Under the pieces are notes generated by a model, which was not told where the DNA came from, made no database searches, and saw nothing but the letters and a program-made list of their open reading frames with translations. DNA of 64,000 bases from Bugula neritina (taxonomy: Eukaryota; Animalia; Bryozoa), in NCBI GenBank assembly GCA_964035545.1, contig CAXIUT010000073.1:434001-498000 (forward strand), given 5' to 3'. Below are positions 56,001-64,000 of this stretch, one piece after another; within the stretch, counting starts at the first letter, position 1; each line of letters starts with the position of its first letter. A program made the translations under genes and the position numbers.

Positions 56001-57060
56001 AGGTGTATTGAGAGTTATCTTTCCCAAAATTTTGTTCTTGGTGTTTATACGAAGCAGACACAGGCTAATATTAGTTTTGTTATTTGCAAGAGTTTTTCTG
56101 TCTGATTGTCCATCAGCAAAAGTTTGCGCCTTGCAGTTATTATGGAAATACCAGTGATGCTGGAAGACCTTTGCATTGTACACCCGCCTTGACTATTGAA
56201 GTTAGATGTTTTATTTTCCCATCCCCTCTCCCGCCCCCCTGTCCCCTCTAACAACCGGCAATCCTGACTCATGTGAATTGTGTTATTGTTCTAGAGTTGG
56301 CCCATGGGCCTACAGTATACGATTTGAAGCTTTATAGTTTACAGGCAGTCGAGATGAGTCACTGCTGAAACCCATTTTATTAGTAGACTATATTGCTCTT
56401 CAATCATCAGTTTTCATATTAAAACAGAAAGCTCATCTGCAGCGCCATTTCACAGTGTTATATTTTGCTAGAGCAATAACTAATTTTAGATGCCTTTGCA
56501 AACATATGAGAAATAAATGAGTCATTCTATGAAAAGAGGTGTTTGCAGCACTTGTCCACTTTTGATTTACACGCGGCATCGAAACTTTTGTAGTTTTAAA
56601 TAATGTCTCCAAATTCATCACTTGCATGTGTTTAGATACTTGATGAAAATGTTTATGCAAAATTTGATGCCTGCTTCAAAGACACCAGTGCTTAATTACT
56701 GTGTTAACTGTATTGGCACGTTGCCATGAGATATTTGGTAATATTTCGCATCACAACAAACTCTTCAGAAAGTTACGAAAATCAGTCTAGAAAGTTAATG
56801 AAATAAACCTACCAGAGAGAGTAAGCCAGATGTAACAAGTAGATCCAAAACAAGTTGATTAACAATTGAAGTTGAAGTCTCGATGTAGTCAACACTTTAG
56901 TCCTAACGTCAAATGCTAACGTCTGCAACCAAACTGTGAAGACTTCATGAGCTGGTTAGCTGACAGGACACATTAAAGTTCTTAACTCTTGTGTCTATAG
57001 TGATGCCCATCTTGAACTAGAGAGGGCTGACTGAAGACTGCTACTTTGTGAAAATTGACA
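38020..57060. repeat. Higher-order repeat: homogeneous B(V)-A*-B-A(K) tetramer (5,364-bp period), ~3.5 copies, built on an A/B dimer alternation
   Basis: Private SNP GTTACGAAA lies at 40684, 46048, 51412 and 56776 (step 5,364). TTTCCTGTCTGATTTTCC marks U29, U33, U37 and U41. ATATGTGACT marks U30, U34, U38 and U42. Confidence 0.92.
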
Positions 57061-60000
57061 ATGCATATTATTATTATTCATTGTTGAGATTCACGACTGC
57101 CATAAACAATGATAAAATATTCATTGTTGGTACTACTGAGTAGAATAAAATATAATATAATATTATTTTCTGGACAGATAAATAATATCAAATGCATATT
57201 ATAACTTACCATAAATATACAGTGCTTCACATCTTCACCTTTTTCTGCAATGTTATTTCTTTGCAGTTAGAAGTACTAGCTGAATATATGACTATGAAAC
57301 ATAACCCTTCAATTTCATTGCACCAGCACCAGTTGCAAGATAGGTGTATTGAGAGTTATCTTTCCCAAAATTTTGTTCTTGGTGTTTATACGAAGCAGAC
57401 ACAGGCTAATATTAGTTTTGTTATTTGCAAGAGTTTTTCTGTCTGATTGTCCATCAGCAAAAGTTTGCGCCTTGCAGTTATTATGGAAATACCAGTGATG
57501 CTGGAAGACCTTTGCATTGTACACCCGCCTTGACTATTGAAGTTAGATGTTTTATTTTCCCATCCCCTCTCCCGCCCCCCTGTCCCCTCTAACAACCGGC
57601 AATCCTGACTCATGTGAATTGTGTTATTGTTCTAGAGTTGGCCCATGGGCCTACAGTATACGATTTGAAGCTTTATAGTTTACAGGCAGTCGAGATGAGT
57701 CACTGCTGAAACCCATTTTATTAGTAGACTATATTGCTCTTCAATCATCAGTTTTCATATTAAAACAGAAAGCTCATCTGCAGCGCCATTTCACAGTGTT
57801 ATATTTTGCTAGAGCAATAACTAATTTTAGATGCCTTTGCAAACATATGAGAAATAAATGAGTCATTCTATGAAAAGAGGTGTTTGCAGCACTTGTCCAC
57901 TTTTGATTTACACGCGGCATCGAAACTTTTGTAGTTTTAAATAATGTCTCCAAATTCATCACTTGCATGTGTTTAGATACTTGATGAAAATGTTTATGCA
58001 AAATTTGATGCCTGCTTCAAAGACACCAGTGCTTAATTACTGTGTTAACTGTATTGGCACGTTGCCATGAGATATTTGGTAATATTTCGCATCACAACAA
58101 ACTCTTCAGAAAGTTAAGAAAATCAGTCTAGAAAGTTAATGAAATAAACCTACCAGAGAGAGTAAGCCAGATGTAACAAGTAGATCCAAAACAAGTTGAT
58201 TAACAATTGAAGTTGAAGTCTCGATGTAGTCAACACTTTAGTCCTAACGTCAAATGCTAACGTCTGCAACCAAACTGTGAAGACTTCATGAGCTGGTTAG
58301 CTGACAGGACACATTAAAGTTCTTAACTCTTGTGTGTATAGTGATGCCCATCTTGAACTAGAGAGGGCTGACTGAAGACTGCTACTTTGTGAAAATTGAC
58401 AATGCATATTATTATTATTCATTGTTGAGATTCACGACTGCCATAAACAATGATAAAATATTCATTGTTGGTACTACTGAGTAGAATAAAATATAATATA
58501 ATATTATTTTCTGGACAGATAAATAATATCAAATGCATATTATAACTTACCATAAATATACAGTGCTTCACATCTTCACCTTTTTCTGCAATGTTATTTC
58601 TTTGCAGTTAGAAGTACTAGCTGAATATATGACTATGAAACATAACCCTTCAATTTCATTGCACCAGCACCAGTTGCAAGATAGGTGTTTTGAGAGTTAT
58701 CTTTCCCAAAATTTTGTTCTTGGTGTTTATACGAAGCAGACACAGGCTAATATTAGTTTTGTTATTTGCAAGAGTTTTTCTGTCTGATTGTCCATCGGCA
58801 AAAGTTTGCGCCTTGCAGTTATTATGAAAATACCAGTGATGCTGGAAGACCTTTGCATTGTACACCCGCCTTTACTATTGAATTTAGATGTTTTATTTTC
58901 CCATCCCCTCTCCTGCCCCCCTGTCCCCTCTAACAACCAGCAATCTTGACTCATGTGAATTGTGTTATTGTTCTAGAGTTGGCCCATGGGCCTACAGTAT
59001 ACGATTTGAAGCTTTATAGTTTACAGGCAGTCGAGATGAGTCACTGCTGAAACCCATTTTATTAGTAGACTATATTGCTCTTCAATAATCAGTTTTCATA
59101 TTAAAAGAGAAAGCTCATCTGCAGCGCCATTTCACAGTGTTATGTTTTGCTAGAGCAATAACTACTTTTAGATGCCTTTGCAAACATATGAGAAATAAAT
59201 GAGTCATTCTATGAAAAGAGGTGTTTGCAGCACTTGTCCACTTTTGATTTACATGCGGCATGGAAACTTTTGTAGTTTTAAATAATGTCTCCAAATTCAT
59301 CACTTGCATGTGTTTAGATACTTGATGAAAATTTTTATGCAAAACTTGATGCCTGCTTCAAAGACACCAGTGCTTAATTACTGTGTTAACTGTATTGGCA
59401 TGTTGCCATGAGATATTTGGTAATATTTCGCATCACAACAAACTCTTCAGAAAGTTAAGAAAATAAGTCTAGAAAGTTAATGAAATAAACCTACCAGAGA
59501 GAGTAAGCCAGATGTAACAAGTAGATCCAAAACAAGTTGATTAACAATTGAAGTTGAAATCTCCATGTAGTCAACACTTTAGTCCTAATGTCAAATGCAA
59601 GCGTCTGCAACCAAACTGTGTAGACTTCATGAGCTGGTTAGCTGACAGGACTCATTAAAGTTCTTAACTCTTGTGTGTATAGTGATGCCCATCTTGAACT
59701 AGAGAGGGGTGACTGAAGACTGCTACTTTGTGAAAATTGACAATGCATATTATTATTATTCATTGTTGAGATTCACGACTGCCATAAACAATGATAAAAT
59801 ATTCATTGTTGGTACTACTGAGTAGAATAAAATATAATATAATATTATTTTCTGGACAGACAAATAATATCAAATGCATATTATAACTTACCATAAATCT
59901 ACAGTGCTTCACATCTTCACCTTTTTCTGCAATGTTATTTCTTTGCAGTTAGAAGTACTAGCTGAATATATGACTATGAAACATAACCCTTCAATTTCAT

Positions 60001-63000
60001 TGCACCAGCACCAGTTGCAAGATAGGTGTGTTGGGAGTTATCTTTCCCAAAACTTTGTTCTTGGTGTTTATACGAAGCAGACACAGGCTAATATTAGTTT
60101 TGTTATTTGCAAGAGTTTTTCTGTCTGATTTTCCATCAGCAAAAGTTTGCGCCTTGCAGTTATTATGAAAATACCAGTGATGCTGGAAGACCTTTGCATT
60201 GTACACCCGCCTTTACTATTGAATTTAGATGTTTTATTTTCCCATCCCCTCTCCTGCCCCCCTATCCCCTCTAACAACCAGCAATCTTGACTCATGTGAA
60301 TTTTGTTATTGTTCTAGAGTTGGCCCATGGGCCTACAGTATACGATTTGAAACTTTATAGTTTACAGGCAGTCGAGATGAGTCAGTGCTGAAACCCATTT
60401 TATTAGTAGACTATATTGCTCTTCAATAATCAGTTTTCATATTAAAAGAGAAAGCTCATCTGCAGCGCCATTTTACAGTGTTATATTTTGCCAGAGCAAT
60501 AACTAATTTTAGATGCCTTTGCAAACATATGAGAAATAAATGAGTCATTCTATGAAAAGAGGTGTTTGCAGCACTTGTCCACTTTTGATTTACACGCGGC
60601 ATGGAAACTTTTGTAGTTTTAAATAATGTCTCCAAATTCATCACTTGCATGTGTTTAGATACTTGATGAAAATTTTTATGCAAAACTTGATGCCTGCTTC
60701 AAAGACACCAGTGCTTAATTACTGTGTTAACTGTATTGGCACGTTGCCATGAGATATTTGGTAATATTTCGCATCACAACAAACTCTTCAGAAAGTTGAG
60801 AAAATCAGTCTAGAAAGTTAATGAAATAAACCTACCAGAGAGAGTAAGCCAGATGTAACAAGTAGATCCAAAACAAGTTGATAAACAATTGAAGTTGAAG
60901 TCTCCATGTAGTCAACACTTTAGTCCTAACGTCAAATGCTAACGTCTGCAACCAAACTGTGAAGACTTCATGAGCTGGTTAGCTGACAGGACACATTAAA
61001 GTTCTTAACTCTTGTGTGTATAGTGATGCCCATCTTGAACTAGAGAGGGCTGACTGAAGACTGCTACTTTGTGAAAATTGACAATGCATATTATTATTAT
61101 TCATTGTTGAGATTCACGACTGCCATAAACAATGATAAAATATTCATTGTTGGTACTACTGAGTAGAATAAAATATAATATAATATTATTTTCTGGACAG
61201 ATAAATAATATCAAATGCATATTATAACTTACCATAAATATACAGTGCTTCACATCTTCACCTTTTTCTGCAATGTTATTTCTTTGCAGTTAGAAGTACT
61301 AGCTGAATATATGACTATGAAACATAACCCTTCAATTTCATTGCACCAGCACCAGTTGCAAGATAGGTGTTTTGAGAGTTATCTTTCCCAAAATTTTGTT
61401 CTTGGTGTTTATACGAAGCAGACACAGGCTAATATTAGTTTTGTTATTTGCAAGAGTTTTTCTGTCTGATTGTCCATCGGCAAAAGTTTGCGCCTTGCAG
61501 TTATTATGAAAATACCAGTGATGCTGGAAGACCTTTGCATTGTACACCCGCCTTTACTATTGAATTTAGATGTTTTATTTTCCCATCCCCTCTCCTGCCC
61601 CCCTGTCCCCTCTAACAACCAGCAATCTTGACTCATGTGAATTGTGTTATTGTTCTAGAGTTGGCCCATGGGCCTACAGTATACGATTTGAAGCTTTATA
61701 GTTTACAGGCAGTCGAGATGAGTCAGTGCTGAAACCCATTTTATTAGTAGACTATATTGCTCTTCAATAATCAGTTTTCATATTAAAAGAGAAAGCTCAT
61801 CTGCAGCGCCATTTTACAGTGTTATATTTTGCCAGAGCAATAACTAATTTTAGATGCCTTTGCAAACATATGAGAAATAAATGAGTCATTCTATGAAAAG
61901 AGGTGTTTGCAGCACTTGTCCACTTTTGATTTACACGCGGCATGGAAACTTTTGTAGTTTTAAATAATGTCTCCAAATTCATCACTTGCATGTGTTTAGA
62001 TACTTGATGAAAATTTTTATGCAAAACTTGATGCCTGCTTCAAAGACACCAGTGCTTAATTACTGTGTTAACTGTATTGGCACGTTGCCATGAGATATTT
62101 GGTAATATTTCGCATCACAACAAACTCTTCAGAAAGTTGAGAAAATCAGTCTAGAAAGTTAATGAAATAAACCTACCAGAGAGAGTAAGCCAGATGTAAC
62201 AAGTAGATCCAAAACAAGTTGATAAACAATTGAAGTTGAAGTCTCCATGTAGTCAACACGTTAGTCCTAATGTCAAATGCAAACGTCTGCAACCAAACTG
62301 TGTAGACTTCATAAGCTGGTTAGCTGACAGGGGAGATTGAAGTTCTTAACTCTTGTGTGTATAGTGATGCCCATCTTGAACCAGAGATGGCTGACTGAAG
62401 ACTGCTACTTTGTGAAAATTGACAATGCATATTATTATTATTCATTGTTGAGATTCACGACTGCCATAAACAATGATAAAATATTCATTGTTGGTACTAC
62501 TGAGTAGAATAAAATATAATATAATATTATTTTCTGGACAGATAAATAATATCAAATGCATATTATAACTTACCATAAATATACAGTGCTTCACATCTTC
62601 ACCTTTTTCTGCAATGTTATTTCTTTGCAGTTAGAAGTACTAGCTGAATATATGACTATGAAACATAACCCTTCAATTTCATTGCACCAGCACCAGTTGC
62701 AAGATAGGTGTATTGAGAGTTATCTTTCCCAAAATTTTGTTCTTGGTGTTTATACGAAGCAGACACAGGCTAATATTAGTTTTGTTATTTGCAAGAGTTT
62801 TTCTGTCTGATTGTCCATCAGCAAAAGTTTGCGCCTTGCAGTTATTATGGAAATACCAGTGATGCTGGAAGACCTTTGCATTGTACACCCGCCTTGACTA
62901 TTGAAGTTAGATGTTTTATTTTCCCATCCCCTCTCCCGCCCCCCTGTCCCCTCTAACAACCGGCAATCCTGACTCATGTGAATTGTGTTATTGTTCTAGA

Positions 63001-64000
63001 GTTGGCCCATGGGCCTACAGTATACGATTTGAAGCTTTATAGTTTACAGGCAGTCGAGATGAGTCACTGCTGAAACCCATTTTATTAGTAGACTATATTG
63101 CTCTTCAATCATCAGTTTTCATATTAAAACAGAAAGCTCATCTGCAGCGCCATTTCACAGTGTTATATTTTGCTAGAGCAATAACTAATTTTAGATGCCT
63201 TTGCAAACATATGAGAAATAAATGAGTCATTCTATGAAAAGAGGTGTTTGCAGCACTTGTCCACTTTTGATTTACACGCGGCATCGAAACTTTTGTAGTT
63301 TTAAATAATGTCTCCAAATTCATCACTTGCATGTGTTTAGATACTTGATGAAAATGTTTATGCAAAATTTGATGCCTGCTTCAAAGACACCAGTGCTTAA
63401 TTACTGTGTTAACTGTATTGGCACGTTGCCATGAGATATTTGGTAATATTTCGCATCACAACAAACTCTTCAGAAAGTTAAGAAAATCAGTCTAGAAAGT
63501 TAATGAAATAAACCTACCAGAGAGAGTAAGCCAGATGTAACAAGTAGATCCAAAACAAGTTGATTAACAATTGAAGTTGAAGTCTCGATGTAGTCAACAC
63601 TTTAGTCCTAACGTCAAATGCTAACGTCTGCAACCAAACTGTGAAGACTTCATGAGCTGGTTAGCTGACAGGACACATTAAAGTTCTTAACTCTTGTGTG
63701 TATAGTGATGCCCATCTTGAACTAGAGAGGGCTGACTGAAGACTGCTACTTTGTGAAAATTGACAATGCATATTATTATTATTCATTGTTGAGATTCACG
63801 ACTGCCATAAACAATGATAAAATATTCATTGTTGGTACTACTGAGTAGAATAAAATATAATATAATATTGTTTTCTGGACAGAAAAGTAATATCAAATGC
63901 ATATTATAACTTACCATAAATCTACAGTGCTTCACATCTTCACCTTTTCCTGCAATTTTATTTCTTTGCAGTTGGAAGTAGTAGCTGAATATATGACGAT

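Larger units (their letters stand above)
1..64000. repeat. Tandem array (long-monomer satellite / macrosatellite) of a 1,341-bp AT-rich unit, ~47.7 direct copies; runs off both window edges
   Basis: The same sequence recurs every 1,341 bp: TGAA(G/A)CTTTATAGTTTACAGGCAG at 1, 1342, 2683 ... 63030. ORF-track coordinates step by 1,341 (109, 1450, 2791 ...), with one +2 shift after ~16061. I saw no inversion or unique insert. Confidence 0.99.

Noticed and set aside
1-64000. CRISPR array, 5S/45S rDNA, tRNA or histone gene cluster
   Set aside because: There is no short repeat/unique spacer pattern and no recognisable rRNA, tRNA cloverleaf or histone coding sequence in the monomer.

Overview
The whole 64 kb window is one uninterrupted head-to-tail tandem array of an AT-rich (roughly one-third GC), apparently non-coding 1,341-bp monomer. 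It holds about 47.7 copies, all in the same orientation. I number monomers from an arbitrary phase at base 1: U1=1, U2=1342 ... U12=14752, then a +2 bp shift, U13=16095 ... U48=63030 (partial). Monomers differ almost only by substitutions; the one length change I found is a 2-bp insertion at ~16061. All ORFs in the track are short, recur because the DNA repeats, open and close with single SNPs, and show no recognisable domain or synonymous-site bias, so I call no CDS. I found no tRNA, rRNA, snRNA, CRISPR array or transposase. The best reading is a eukaryotic long-monomer satellite (macrosatellite); the host and family cannot be identified from sequence alone. The real structure lies in the variants. 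Monomers fall into about five haplotype classes (A-E) arranged as higher-order repeats (HORs): a C-D-E-A' tetramer, a B-A-C trimer duplication and a very homogeneous B-A-B-A tetramer. These can be read as fragments of one ancestral ~10.7-kb octamer, joined by chimeric crossover monomers. Each monomer also carries a compact cluster with a canonical G-quadruplex motif, three AP-1/GCN4-type TGASTCA sites and a 12-bp GC palindrome next to CTAG, plus a separate ACAATG/CATTGT inverted-repeat block. I cannot support a new protein-coding system here, and any function for these motifs is hypothesis.
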